Source: Setoptus koraiensis (taxonomy: Eukaryota > Animalia > Arthropoda). From it: DNA of 64,000 nucleotides. The notes under the pieces are model-generated. The model saw only the letters and a program-made list of their open reading frames with translations. It did not search any database and was not told where the DNA came from. Location of the stretch: the NCBI GenBank assembly GCA_048013815.1, contig CM106585.1, forward strand, positions 23,002,001-23,066,000. Reading direction: 5' to 3'. Positions within the stretch are counted from its first letter, which is position 1, and each line of letters begins with the position of its first letter. The position numbers and the translations under genes are program-made. Shown piece after piece: positions 10,306 to 23,100 of this stretch.

Positions 10306-12138
10306 CTAAAATTTAGCTCCCTGTGTCACTTGTTGAGCTGGTTGCTGGAAGTTCTGTTGCTGTTGTTGTTGTTGGGGCTGTTGTTGCTGCTGCTGTTGTG
10401 GCAGTTGTTGTTGTTGTTGTTGTTGTTGTGGAGGTGCCTGGAAATTTTGTTGCTGTTGCGGGGGTTGCAGAGGTGGGGCCTGTTGTTGTTGTTGTTGCTG
10501 TTGTTGTTGTTGTGGCTGCTGCGGCTGTTGTTGTTGTTGTGGCTGTTGTTGCTGCGGAATCGATGCGATCGGTTGCTGTTGTTGTTGCGGAATCGCTGCG
10601 ATCGGTTGCTGCTGTTGTTGCGGTGCCGCAATAGGTTGTTGTTGCTGCTGATAATTGACCGCAGGTTGCTGGTAAGCAGCCTGCTGGTGATATGCCGCCT
10701 GTGGTTGCTGATAAGCCATCTGCTGTTGCTGAGGTGGTGGAACCTGTTGTTGATGCTGGGGCTGGAGTGGTTGTTGTCCTAGTTGATGTTGGGGCTGTTG
10801 TTGGTAATTGACAACCGGTTGCTGGTAACCAGCGGCTTGCTGGTGATATGCAGCTGCTTGTTGATAGGCCATATGTTGTTGCTGTTGTATCATTTGTTGC
10901 GCTTGTGGGTGGTTTGGATCAACCTGATATCCGTAGTATTGACTCGGGTGAGCGTTGTGAGGCATATCTAGACCCCAGTTAGGAAGATGCAGTTGCTGTG
11001 GATAGTTAACGTAAGCCTCGGGATTATAGTAACCATGTGTTTGTACTTTGTCACGATTTCTTCCGTAGTCTTCGAGCTCCTTCTCAGTGTATGCCTTTTG
11101 TTTCGACAGATCTTCCCAGCCTTCATCACGTCTGAATTCTGGGCGATGACTGTAATCAAGAAATTCTTTGCGACTTATGAGTCCGTCTTTGTCGGTATCC
11201 ATCTCCTTATAAAGATGTTCTCTCATTCTATTGTATTCCTCCTCCATTTCATTTGGGTCATCTTCTGGATTGTTCGGATCATAGAGTTTTTCAATCTCTT
11301 GTTTAAGCAACAACCTGACCTCGTTCTGGTCCCAGTAATTGTTGGCATCTGTGTCGCGTAGAGAGAAAAATGTATTTGGATTGAATTCCTCTTTGGGTAG
11401 ATGATCCTTTTTCACCCAAACATCCTCCAATTGTTTTTGGCTACCGGGATGGTGTATTTTTTCATGTTGATCATGTTTCTTTTTCAATTCTTCTTTCAGT
11501 CTAATGGCCTCTTGCTTCTGAGTCTCGTTCATCATTTTGAGACTTTCCTGGAATTGATATTCCTTTTCCATCTCATACTTGGCAAAATCATCACGTCTTT
11601 CCTTATCAATTTTCTCAAGATCATTAGTGGCAGCCACCATAAGCTTGTGAAGATCTTTAGTGTCGAAGAATGTTGCATGTGAGCCCAAATGTTCTGGTAA
11701 TTGACTCAATGATGCGCCCAGTGTTCTCCATCTTCTTGAAGAATCGGACCCATGAAGAGGCTCTTGATAGCGGTCAATTTCATTTTTTCTTGTAGCCAAA
11801 TCTCTGAGACGTTTAATTTCGAGATATTTCAATTCGTTTAACCTTTTTCTAACATCTTCATGTACATGCTTGAGTTGATCTGCTACTTTACCGGACTTAA
11901 TGTCTTTGACATCCATTGTTTTAATAGTTTCGGTAAATTTCTGGTCCTTGTCTAAGGCCGCCACAACCTCCTTTAGATATTTGCCATAATGAAGTCCTAG
12001 CTCCTCGAAATCCTGTTCGGATGCAGCCGGCTGATTTGGTTGCTGTTGCTGTTGGTCTGCATTGCTAATTAATGAGATCAATAATATCAAATATATTGCT
12101 GATGTAAAAAACAACAATATGTTATTGGAATAGGTCAT
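10306..12138 (-). CDS. NUCB2: Nucleobindin (NUCB1/2-like) EF-hand Ca-binding protein with long Q-rich C-terminal tail
   Basis: Signal peptide, YLKEVVAALDKD..DIKSGK, LNELKYLEIKRLR, HHEKIHHPGSQKQLEDVW, EF hands (DTDANNYWD; DTDKDGLISRKEF). Confidence 0.92.
   Translation of the reverse strand: MTYSNNILLFFTSAIYLILLISLISNADQQQQQPNQPAASEQDFEELGLHYGKYLKEVVAALDKDQKFTETIKTMDVKDIKSGKVADQLKHVHEDVRKRLNELKYLEIKRLRDLATRKNEIDRYQEPLHGSDSSRRWRTLGASLSQLPEHLGSHATFFDTKDLHKLMVAATNDLEKIDKERRDDFAKYEMEKEYQFQESLKMMNETQKQEAIRLKEELKKKHDQHEKIHHPGSQKQLEDVWVKKDHLPKEEFNPNTFFSLRDTDANNYWDQNEVRLLLKQEIEKLYDPNNPEDDPNEMEEEYNRMREHLYKEMDTDKDGLISRKEFLDYSHRPEFRRDEGWEDLSKQKAYTEKELEDYGRNRDKVQTHGYYNPEAYVNYPQQLHLPNWGLDMPHNAHPSQYYGYQVDPNHPQAQQMIQQQQHMAYQQAAAYHQQAAGYQQPVVNYQQQPQHQLGQQPLQPQHQQQVPPPQQQQMAYQQPQAAYHQQAAYQQPAVNYQQQQQPIAAPQQQQQPIAAIPQQQQQPIASIPQQQQPQQQQQPQQPQQQQQQQQQQQAPPLQPPQQQQNFQAPPQQQQQQQQLPQQQQQQQPQQQQQQQNFQQPAQQVTQGAKF
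10554..10640 (-). repeat. 33-bp coding tandem repeat (about 3 copies, QQQQQPIAAIP-type) in the nucleobindin tail
   Basis: Units start at 10554, 10587 and 10620; the first two differ at 2 positions. Confidence 0.85.
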
Positions 12139-13577
12139 GTTGATCGCCTGATAATATCAGTATAATTTTCGCCACTTCTACTACTGCTGTCACTAGTACT
12201 GGTACTACTAGATGCTATAATTGATGGTGATAATAATACTAAGATCTTGTATATGTTTATCGGCTGATAATTATGAAAATAATAACAATTAATGTTAGCT
12301 TTAAGGTAGCTCTATTCTCTTTTACTGTATTTCACTATGTATTAATGAAATTATCAATACCATATGGATGTTTCGGATTGAAGGATGATAATAATAAAAG
12401 TAGTAGTTGTTGAGATATTTTACCAACAATAATAATGATAATAGTAATAATATCGGCTATTAATAGTTAAATAGGTTAGTGTATGAAGGCCAACCTAATG
12501 CACACTAGCAGACAGGGTAGAAATTAAAAATGGTGATGGCGTCTGCACTTAAGCATCGTCATGTTTAGCTTATCCTTTTTCCTGCCCTTGTCTGCACAAA
12601 AATTTTGTTCGCCAGTCATTGCACTATCTCTCACCAGCCATGTATAATCACAGCTCATATACACACATGTACAGGTACGGTGACAGCAAGCGAACTGCTC
12701 CGATCTGCTCCAAACTGCACAAACACACACACACATGATTGCATGTGCGCAGTTATACTTTACACATCATCTAACACTATATCCTGCTGATGTAACTGCC
12801 AATCAAAAATAGCCGGCTCAATATACAATCAGGTGTGTAATTTGTTCATATCAGTCCCTACGAGTGTGTAAGTTTTACCTATAGTGGTCATGCAACAATA
12901 CATGTGCATCTTGCCATCAAACTGGACATCCATTCTGTACCAGCTCTCATCCTGGACTTTGATTGAGTCAAGACCAAATGCTTACCCACAACTGAATTCG
13001 TCAATTTATCATTAGTCGACTTGGTTGAACACTACTATTGATCGAAATGGGTTAAAATTTAGCTGGTTGATTCACTGAACGAATAGCAGTAACATTCCAG
13101 AGATGTCTTTCGACAATGATTTTGACAGTTAAACTTTTAGTCGATGACCACACGTGCAGGTCGTGATCATTGCATCGCAACCACAATCTCTCGTTGGAGG
13201 AAAGATTAGTAGATAGTTGCGAGTATATAGCGTCACTCGCGACTTCGCACCCCTGTGCCTCAGCTTCCGAAGAGTTCGACAAAACTAGTAGGGAATCTAA
13301 TTTCAACATAGAATGAAGACAAAAAGCAATCAGCTGTTCGCTGCAAAACGCTACACAAAGCCTTCATGCCATCACAAGGTGTGCACTGATAGGTGTCATG
13401 GAAGATGTCAGACAGGATCGATTTGCGTTCAAATTTAAAAATTATATCATATAATATGATAAATATCAATGACCAGCTACAACAACAACAGTAGCAACAA
13501 GAGCACCGTGTTACATCAGATATCTAGTTCACATCCGAAACGATCACATCGCATATAATATTATTTCTCAAGTCAAC

Positions 13578-14552
13578 ATGTTGAGGAAATCTATACCAAT
13601 CGCAATATACGATAAACCTGATGAATTTGTATTTAATGAGATTCAGCGAATCGGAGAACCAGCTCTTATGAAGCACTGTGACTTCGGCGAGTGTTTTGGT
13701 CAATGGAATCCGGAGTATTTGTCGGAAAAAATCGGGGACAAAATTGTCAATATACACACATCAAAGTATAGTAATTTGAACTTCGTCGAAAAAAACTTTA
13801 CCTACAAACGTATTAAATTCAACGAATTCATGAGAAACTTGATTGCTCCTGTAAAAGATGACGGACTTGGAGACTATCTTTACCTGCGTTCTACTAGTGA
13901 CGACATCAGATCACGGCAAGCGACTAGGATAGAACAATCTTTTCCGTCGATAGCCAAAGATCTAGAGCCGCCCTCTTTTATTCCGTATTCTTCCGATAAA
14001 TCAAAAGATTCAGCGAAATACTTTTCTAGTGTTCTGAGGATAGCATCTAATAATGTTCAGATATGGACTCATTTCGACTTATACGACAACGTTCTTTGCC
14101 AGGTGATGGGAACAAAAAGGGTAGTTTTGTTCAAACCAAATGATTTAAAATATTTGTATATTGTTGGAGACAAGTCGCTAATAGAGGATCCGGAGAATGT
14201 CGATCTAGAGAGGTTTCCAAAATATGTAAAGTCTACACCGTACTATTGTATACTCAGACCAGGAGATGCTCTGTTCATACCAGGTTTGTGGTGGCACAAT
14301 ATCAAAACGTTGGACAATCAAGAAACTTCGCAAGATCCATGTTCGATAGGATTCAATATTTTCTGGAGGGAAATTCGAGTTGACGACAACTTGTTCGATC
14401 CTGTTGATGTTTATGGCAATAAGAATCTCTTACCCATGAATACTGCCTCTGCATATACCGATAAAGCGGTGGCTGCCCTCCGAAAAATCCCTGACAAATA
14501 CCGTCAATTTTATCTCTTGATGTTGATACAAAAACTGAAACATAATATTTAA
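13578..14552 (+). CDS. TYW5: tRNA wybutosine-synthesizing protein 5 (JmjC hydroxylase)
   Basis: YLRS..DIR, FSSVLRIAS..VQIWTHFDLYDNVLCQVMGTKRVVLF, PGDALFIPGLWWHN (HxD..H triad) and the TYW5-type C-terminus DVYGNKNL..IPDKYRQFY. Confidence 0.9.
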   Translation: MLRKSIPIAIYDKPDEFVFNEIQRIGEPALMKHCDFGECFGQWNPEYLSEKIGDKIVNIHTSKYSNLNFVEKNFTYKRIKFNEFMRNLIAPVKDDGLGDYLYLRSTSDDIRSRQATRIEQSFPSIAKDLEPPSFIPYSSDKSKDSAKYFSSVLRIASNNVQIWTHFDLYDNVLCQVMGTKRVVLFKPNDLKYLYIVGDKSLIEDPENVDLERFPKYVKSTPYYCILRPGDALFIPGLWWHNIKTLDNQETSQDPCSIGFNIFWREIRVDDNLFDPVDVYGNKNLLPMNTASAYTDKAVAALRKIPDKYRQFYLLMLIQKLKHNI

Positions 14553-15154
14553 TTAAAATAATGACATCTTACAGTATCGTTTCATGGTATCGCATCCGGC
14601 CACTTGTGTACCGGAGTAGTGACAATCTCCAGCGATTTCCAATCATATCGATTTAAATTATCTCATCATAGTTGCTAATAGATAGTTTCTTGGATCAATT
14701 CATGGGGCAGCGAGTCTAGTTCGGCTTAGGTAGAGATTCTGAAGCAGAAGAATTTGATATCAAATATTGGACTCGTCAGGAGTTGTATCTCAACTTTTCT
14801 CTTCATAGTAAAGATTCAATTCATAATGATTAAGACATAAGTTTGATAAGTGATGAAACTCATCAAACGCCTTTACACAATGCATGTGACATTTTACACA
14901 ATTGTAATTCCCGCGATCGACGTGCTGCATCACGCTTTGAGGAGTGGAGCGCTCGTGCAAAACTTCAGCTGCTAATCTTTATTTAATAAAAACATGTGAG
15001 TCCTTTCTCACAAAGTTCGATCGCAATCAATGTATATAAATAAACTCAATGACTTTGAAGCATTTGTAGTATCGTTTGCCAGAACTTATCAGTTACAAAT
15101 AATCTAATAGGATTCTGATGGTTTCGAGTTTCTCACATCTACTAGATTAACAGA

Positions 15155-17537
15155 ATGGCTACAATCCTGAATACAAGAAATAATGAATTGTTTACAAATG
15201 GAGACATGCCAGACGCATCACCGTTGAGATTATTTGGAGATGCCAAGGATAAAATCAATAAGCTCTATGACAAGCTTGGAGTTTGCATAGATAAGGCAAA
15301 CAAATTCCTATCGAGAGAAGATCTTGAGGATGGTATTATTTCACAAGAAGAGTTGGGAAGATTGAGTAAGCTCAATCAAACAATCTATGACATACGAACT
15401 GTCCTCAGTAGAGATCAGATGAAAGTGGCTTTCTTTGGTAGGACATCAAATGGGAAAAGTAGTGTGATAAATGCTATATTGCAGGACAGAATATTACCTA
15501 CAGGTATAGGACACACAACTAATTGTTTTCTCGAGATCCAAGGAATCAAAGAGGATGAAGCTTATCTCATCGTTGGTGGGCAAGAACGAAGAAGCATACA
15601 ATCAGTAGCTCATCTGGCTAATGCTTTGAGGTCCAATCGTCTCGAGGATTCATCTTTGGTTAGTATCCACTGGCCAGTTGCAAAGTGCCCCCTCCTGAAA
15701 TTTGATGTGGTCCTGGTCGATAGCCCTGGCGTGGATGTCGACAAAGATGTAGATGGATGGATTGACAAACATTGTCTGGATGCGGACGTTTTTGTTCTTG
15801 TATCAAACGCTGAATCCACCTTGATGCAGAGAGAAAAAGAGTTTTTTCACAAAGTCAACGAGAAACTGTCGAAACCAAATATCTTCATTCTGAATAATAG
15901 ATGGGATGCCTCTGTTGGTGAAATCGATGCTGACAGTGTGCGGAAGCAGCACCAAGACAGAGCAGTTGAGTTTTTGAGCGATGAGCTCAAGATCATACCC
16001 CGCAGTGAAGCTCCTCAGAGGATTTACTTTGTTTCTGCCAAAGAAGTGTTGGATACTAGGACAAATAAAGAATTCGTCAAGTATGATGGATACCAAACTA
16101 GATTTGATGAGTTCTTAGAGTTCGAAAAGAACTTCGAGGAGTGTTTATCTAAGTCGGCAGTCAAGACAAAATTTAAGCAGCACACAGATCGTGGTCGAGC
16201 TACTATGAATGAACTCACTGCTTTGCTGGACAGAATCCTTGATGAGTCACTGAATGCCATCAATTCTAAAGAAAAACACTTCCAGGACAAAACAAAATCT
16301 AGGCAATTTATCGAAGAAAATTTTCATGAGACTACAAATGTAGTTAAACATCAAATTGAATCTACTGGGACACGAATAGATGAAATGGCCGCCAAAACAT
16401 TAAATGATGAGATTCGAAAACTCAACCTAGTGATAGATGATTTTCATGTCCGATTTTCATCTGAGTCGGCTGCATTATCCTCTTATAAATCGCAATTAAA
16501 CTTGCATGTAGAAAAACAACTTGGCGAGAATTTACGAATCAAACTTTCACGGATAGTATCGCAGCACGTCGGCAGGGCTCACCGCGAAATGGTCGACAAA
16601 ATAACACCACTCCTATCTGAGACGAGAAAACAGAACAACACAAGTAATTTCCAAAAAGATTACGATTTCGACGGATTGTTCAACTTACCAAACTGTTCCA
16701 CTCTGTTTATTGACTTTCAAGAAGATTTGGAGTTTAGATTTTCTCTGGGGATCGTATCAATCATACAGAGATTCCAGAATAAATTCATGGACAGGCATGT
16801 GACATATAACAAGAGACCAATAGATACAAAACAGGGTGACTTGGATTTGGTCAATTCTTCTTCTGTTTCTCAGAACCAAGAAATCAGATCGACAGGTGTT
16901 GATTTTTTGGCCACTTTAGAGAGAACAATACTTATTGCTCCACAATCTCAAACGACCATAGGTTCTCTAGCAGTGGGCGGAGTATTGGTCAGGACTGTTG
17001 GATGGCGATTTATCATAGCAACAGCAACTATATATGGTGCTTTATATATGTACGAATATCTCACTTGGACAGACTCAGCAAAGGAGCGTGCTTTCAAAAA
17101 ACAATATGTCCGACATGCGACAAAAAAGTTGAGGTTCTACATAGATGCCACGAGTAATAACATCTCTTATAATGTTAAACGGTAAGCAATTTTTCAGTTT
17201 TATATATATATATCCTTCTTCTGTCACATCAATGATTACTGACAATTTGAATGATTGTATTTCTGATCTTCTCCCACATTCTCTTTCTTCGAATAACGAA
17301 AACTCTTCTAACAATTCTCAACACAATCTCGTATTTAGTGAACTAAATTCGACCTTATTGAGCCTTGACAAGTTGATTCTTGAAGAGAAACAGGAGATCG
17401 AGGAATCTATTTCTGGCCTTAAGCAATCGTTGGACAAGCTTGAAATTTGCAAGAGCTTTACAATAAGGTTACTAGAAGACACAAAACTAATAATAGGTGA
17501 ATTGGAGGCCTTCGCAGGATCTTTTTTATCATTCTAG
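15155..17537 (+). CDS. Marf: Mitofusin/Marf GTPase; join(15155..17181,17339..17537)
   Basis: MKVAFFGRTSNGKSSVINA, GIGHTTNCF, DSPGVD, NNRWD GTPase motifs and TM hairpin; GTAAGC..TTTAG intron joins NVKR to ELNSTL (HR2). Confidence 0.93.
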
Positions 17538-17640
17538 TGTTTGTTGTTCCATATCGATCTCTAGAGGCGTTAGTGATACGAAATAAACTTATATCATACA
17601 CACACTTGCTCGCTTGGCTAGCTACTGCATCATTAATATA

Positions 17641-18276
17641 TTAGTAGCTAGTCCTCGCTATCTTACAACAGACAACACCTATCAAACGATTCAATTTTGT
17701 CTCAAAATCTGTTGAATTGTCTATCACTTCTAAATAAGGATGCCCTATCCATGCTTCGCCAGTAGCTTGATCTCTTAATCTTGCCAATTCTAATCCCTCT
17801 GTCCGGCATGGGTTCTCCTCCACTGTATAGAAATCTTCTGCTCCATTAGCTGTCGTAACTAAATGTACAACTTGATCATATCTGTTATCTCTTAAATCAA
17901 CAGAATTCAAACTATTCCTTTTGAGCACTCTATCCCAGGCCTCTTCGGCCATGTAGGCACGGGCGTCCATTGTGCCACGATCACATATAACCAAACAATC
18001 TTGCTTACACTTTTTAGCTAATCTAAAAAAGACTTCCTCTGTTCTCATCATGCATAATAGAAGGTCCTCTTGGAAATCCTCGGCCTCTATCTCGTCCAAT
18101 TGATTGAAATCCACGCCACCTTGCAATAGATGAGTCGCTGTTTCAGGTACCCTATACACCTTCCATCCCATATTCTCAAAGAAAGTACTTAATCTGGCCT
18201 GACCTTTCGTTTTTCCACTACAAGGGCCACCAGTAAGCACTAGCTTGTGTATACGTTTTGCCGGTTGATCCATCAT
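17641..18276 (-). CDS. Ttd14: TRPL translocation defect 14-like P-loop NTPase (AAA_28 domain only, 211 aa)
   Basis: KLVLTGGPCSGKT, GWKVYRVPETAT, LVICDRGTMDA, LRDNRYDQVVHLVT.ANGAEDFY and WIGHPYLEVIDNST match TTD14. Confidence 0.88.
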   Translation of the reverse strand: MMDQPAKRIHKLVLTGGPCSGKTKGQARLSTFFENMGWKVYRVPETATHLLQGGVDFNQLDEIEAEDFQEDLLLCMMRTEEVFFRLAKKCKQDCLVICDRGTMDARAYMAEEAWDRVLKRNSLNSVDLRDNRYDQVVHLVTTANGAEDFYTVEENPCRTEGLELARLRDQATGEAWIGHPYLEVIDNSTDFETKLNRLIGVVCCKIARTSY

Positions 18277-19524
18277 GATACTTTAGATGTTGCGATCTTG
18301 ATGATAATGTAGATTGATAAAACAACAACACCTATAGTATGATAGTGAGATAATGATTAATGTCACCGATATGGTGGGCGTAAAATTTTGAGCGCCAAAT
18401 TGGAAAGCAATCAGCTAGACGTATAGCGCATAGAGTCTAGACTGCGCAAACTAAACTGTCTGGATAAGTATTAATATAATATATATATAGATAAATATAT
18501 ATGTATATATACTACACACAGTAATAATACCTTTATAATATCGCGTAACAATTACGCCATCTATGAGGCGGTGCGCGTGTTAGTGGCTTGCTAATAGAGG
18601 TTACAAGGTTCAATAGTGTAACGACATACAGTTAGATATACTATATACTACAAAATGGCGCTATATACTTGAGCTAGGCAATATGGTATATATACGTGTA
18701 TTATATAAAACATGTACATAAGAAACGTGCTCTAGATCGACGATGTATGTGGTGTCTGGGTAGAAACTCTTTTTGTGTTATATATAAATATATATATAGA
18801 TTTGTGGTATATGTGAGTTCACAATTATGATGATGATTATGTTGCTGTTGCTGTGATTGTACAATACATAATGCTGCTAGATACGAATGCTCCCGAGTTG
18901 TAATGTTTAATGTGAGAACACAATTCTTATTAACCTTACTACTATTACTTTATTTCATTTCAACTAGCAAAGCAGTCTGACTTCATCTATGAGTCACTTT
19001 GAAAAAATAACTCACAAGAAACGAGTTGGAGACACAATGGCGAGATTTTAAGTATAGCCAATGCTTTATTATCATTGCTCATCTTCTCAAATATCGCTCA
19101 TTAGATATTTGAGAAAGCATTGAGTCAGTTATGGCCAGCATGCATGAATATAAAAATAAGACAGATTAGTAATCAAGACGAGGAGTAAATCAAGATTTAT
19201 ATATTTCTTTCGATATGTGATAATAATATGTATGTGGTATTTATTTAATTAGTAATACAATAAATGTGATTTAACTTGACGATATGATATAGTTCATTTT
19301 TCAGTGTGATTCAATACAAATTCTACTGCTGACAAGCACACAATGAGATGGATGCTATAGTACTAATTTACTCATGATCTTTTTGATTATCGTTCGACCG
19401 GATGGAAGTATACTTGTCTACTTTATACTCCCCTTGAGCCCTTCCTCTGACCGTCTCTCTCTCCCTACTGCTCGTATACTTTTATCAACTTTATAGTTGA
19501 TTCTATCATCTTAATCATCGTTGG

Positions 19525-20086
19525 TCATTCATAGGTGTGCTCTGTTTGGTGCAGACGTGAATGATCGGCGTTCAAAGGTCTACTACCAATCGTTGTATTA
19601 AAATCATTCTGATGATGGAGATAACTACTATGAGCGATATTCATGGCTGAATTGACATTCAGACTGTTTACAGAGCCGACAATAGGATCGTGATGCTGAA
19701 GAGTCCTTGAATGATGCTGGTGCTCATTTGGTGAGTTGGTAGATTGCATTGATACAGCTGATTGTAGATAAGCCAACTGACTAATCCATTCACTGGTGTC
19801 CAAGTGATTGACCCAAGAGTTAATTGACGAGTTACTGAGATTGACGATGCCACTACTTTCAGTGTTGTTTGACAACACATCTCGATTCACCGAGCTGAGA
19901 ACATTAGTAACAGGCACAATGTTGGGATTATTAGTATGAACATGATTAGAAGTAGTGTGATTAGTTGGTTGGGAAGTAGTCGAATTCACAGTCGATATTG
20001 AAACCGGATTCTTTCTACGTTCGGTGCCTATTGGCCGGGGTAGATGTTTACTAAGGTCATGATTCTGTTGCTGGTTCTGCTGCTGC

Positions 20087-20127
<41 letters not shown>

Positions 20128-23100
20128 CTTCTGTTGTTGCTGTTGTTGATGTTGTTGCTGTTGTTGGTGCTGCTGATGCTGCTGTTGTAACTGTTGTTGC
20201 TGTTGCCAAGACATACCCAATACATTATAATCATTCTGCCAGTTTGTTGGTGGTGGATTCTTGCCGTCCGTGCAAGTAGTTGATTCAAATATTGCTCCTG
20301 GTTGGTGTGACTTTGCAGTAACTATCTGTTGCCGTAAGTACTCCTGATCAGTAGACGTGGTAGAGTGTTGCTGTTGCAAATGAGATATCGCGTCGGACAC
20401 CGCTTGTTGCCACACAGATGGTTGTGTCACTTTGCTGAATAAGTTATTAAACCTGGTATACTCTGGAGCGGAAGAAGAGGCAACTGGGAAAGTTACTCCG
20501 GCCACTGAGGCTGCTGGACCTTGTTGAATTGCCATAGTAGCAGATGATGATGAGGATATGACATGTGCTGCGCTATCTACAACTCCTGCAAGTAGGTTAG
20601 CTGATGATATAGGTAACAAAGACGATGAGCTCGGAGGATGGCGAGTTTCTTTGGAGAGATTGGGATCGAAAGAGCCAGGTGCTGAACCATTGACATTCAA
20701 AGGCACACAGACAGGTGAGTGCACAACCGGTCGGACAGATTGGCTCCTATTAGTAGATTGATTAGTCATCATTGATGCCGCTGTAGAGTTGTTCCAAACA
20801 CCAACTGAGGTTATGGCCCCCAATGAACCAGTAGTGTAGCTACTCTTAGATGAGTTAGTCATAGTAGACCCACTTGTCGTTTTTGCCATATTCATCAGAC
20901 TATTTTCTGGTCGCTGTAAACCCAGTTTTTTGATTACCTCGTTCAAATCTTTATTGGACTCATTGATAAGTGCATGAATCAAATGTTGAGCAATCCTGGT
21001 CGCTTCAGCCGATCCTTTGATGATGACACTTCGATCTGCTTGACCTTTCTGTTTTTCTACTTCAATATGAGCACATGAAACCTCGCGAACGGTATTAATG
21101 TTGCAGCCCTTCCTTCCAATAACCCTACTGATAGCGTTCGCAGGCACAATAACTTTTTTCGACTTCTTAACAACTTCTTTCCAGCCTTCTTCGCGTTTTT
21201 GAGATTTCTTGACCAGATTTGAAAGCTGGCTGTCATTGGTTATGTTGTGTGATGGGATAGATTGCCTGGAAGACATTGTTTGTTTGGCTATAGTCGCTGT
21301 CTTTGCTGGGACAAAAGTAACTGGAACTTCAATTGAGCTAAGTTGTCTCGTGAGTTGAATCTGTTGACTCCTGATAAGCTTTTGGTTGTCATCTGAGTGC
21401 ATGCTCGCGATAACATTTTTGGCAAAGATTTTTGAATCAACCTTGATATCATCAAATGATATATTTTCTTTTGACTTCATATTGTTGGTCTTGGATAAAG
21501 ATTGCTCATTACTTATCTTTGTGGTTAATTGTTTCTTATTAGTTGGATTCAGATTCTGTGACTGATTGTTTTGTTTGGCGTGAGGTTGTTTTGTTTGAAG
21601 AGATTGTTTACTAGCTTGGTTATTTTGTAGTTTCACAGTAGACTTCTTATTTATCAACGCATTAGTCAATATTGTGTCACGATTGACAATATCTAAAATG
21701 TCCAAGCTTTCACCATCATCGATCAAACTTTCGTCTTCTTCACTGTCTGATGTAGAACTAGACTCATCACTGCTCGATTCGTTGTTATTTCTGGATTGAG
21801 TTCCTGGCTTCTGAGTAGATTGTTTTTTATTTATGCTATCTTTTTTGCTTCCAATATTTTCTTTGGAATCACCAGTTTTAGCCCTCATCTGCTCTTGTTT
21901 TTCTTTTTTCTTCTGACGCTTTTTCTCCCTCCGTCTAGCAGCAGCTGCTTTCCTTGTTTCTTCACGGGACCTCTCTTGATCTATCTCTTGAAGTAGGATG
22001 CTGGCGTGTTTATTTGCTTCTGCAGCTTGCCTCTCTTTTGCCTGGTGTATTATTTCCATGCATTGCCGGCATTTTTTAAGCATATCTCCTTCAGTTATGA
22101 GAGCCATGAATCTATTGATTTCCTGGTCAGAGGGGAATTGTGTCACATGTTTCACCATCACTTTCACAACTTTTACATGACCTCTTCTGAACCCGGCCAT
22201 CAAACAAGAGACTTTTCGATTATCTTGACTATCGACATCCGCTCCAGCGTGAACAAGTAGATTTACCACGTCTATGTGGCCACCGTTGCAAGCCAGCCAG
22301 AGAGGTGAGTTTCCCTTCTTGTTTTTTATGTCGTAAGCGGCTCCTCGTTGTAATAAAAGTTCAACGAACTTACAGTGACCTTTATCAGCAGCAATCGTAA
22401 GGGCTGTGTCGCGCGAGGAGGGCACAGGTAAGGCATTTACGTCGGCTCCTTTGTCAAGAAGCACGCGACCCACGTCAACAAAGCCCCCAGACGCCGCTTC
22501 CATAAGAGGTGTCAAGCCGGTTTTTGCTCGATGTTCAGCATTGGCCTTCCTGTCTAGCAGTAAAGAGACAACATCCACACGGCCTTGGAAACATGCCAAT
22601 GTCAGTGCGGTGTTACGATTGGTCTCTATTTGTGCATTGATATCACTTCCCATATCTAGCAGTAATTTAACAGTAGGCGCGTGACCATTCATTGCGGCCA
22701 GCATTAGAGGAGATATACCCAACTTGGAACCGGTCCTAGAGTTAATTTCCGCACCATGATTAAGCAAGAGTTTTATGATATTCACATATCCCCCGGAGGC
22801 GGCTAAACTTAAAGGAGTGTAATCGCTGACATTCCGATGCTCTTTGTTGGCCCCTCGGTTAAGCAAAATTTCAACTACTTCGTACCTACCACTTGAGCAA
22901 GCTAGTGACAGGGCCGTGTCTTTTGTGCGCTCCGATTGTGACTCTAAGTCAGCACCGTTACTATGAAGAGTATGCACAATTTTGGAATATCCTGCTGTAG
23001 ATGCAAGCATTAGTGGGGTAAACCCTTTCTTGTCTCTATGCTCCACGTCAGCTCCACGATTCAAAAGTAGTTGAACAAGATCTTCATGACCCCCACTACA

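Noticed and set aside
13052-13469. Protein-like frames between NUCB2 and TYW5
   Set aside because: Interrupted by stops on both strands, no recognisable motif or consistent splice model.
14560-14650. EIAGDCHYS (minus) resembling a CYTH C-terminal motif that might complete TTD14
   Set aside because: Preceded by in-frame stops, no acceptor, and no other CYTH motifs nearby.
3-18276. Phototransduction cluster idea (rdgB plus Ttd14)
   Set aside because: Both genes have general trafficking or lipid roles, are 17 kb apart with unrelated genes between; no support.
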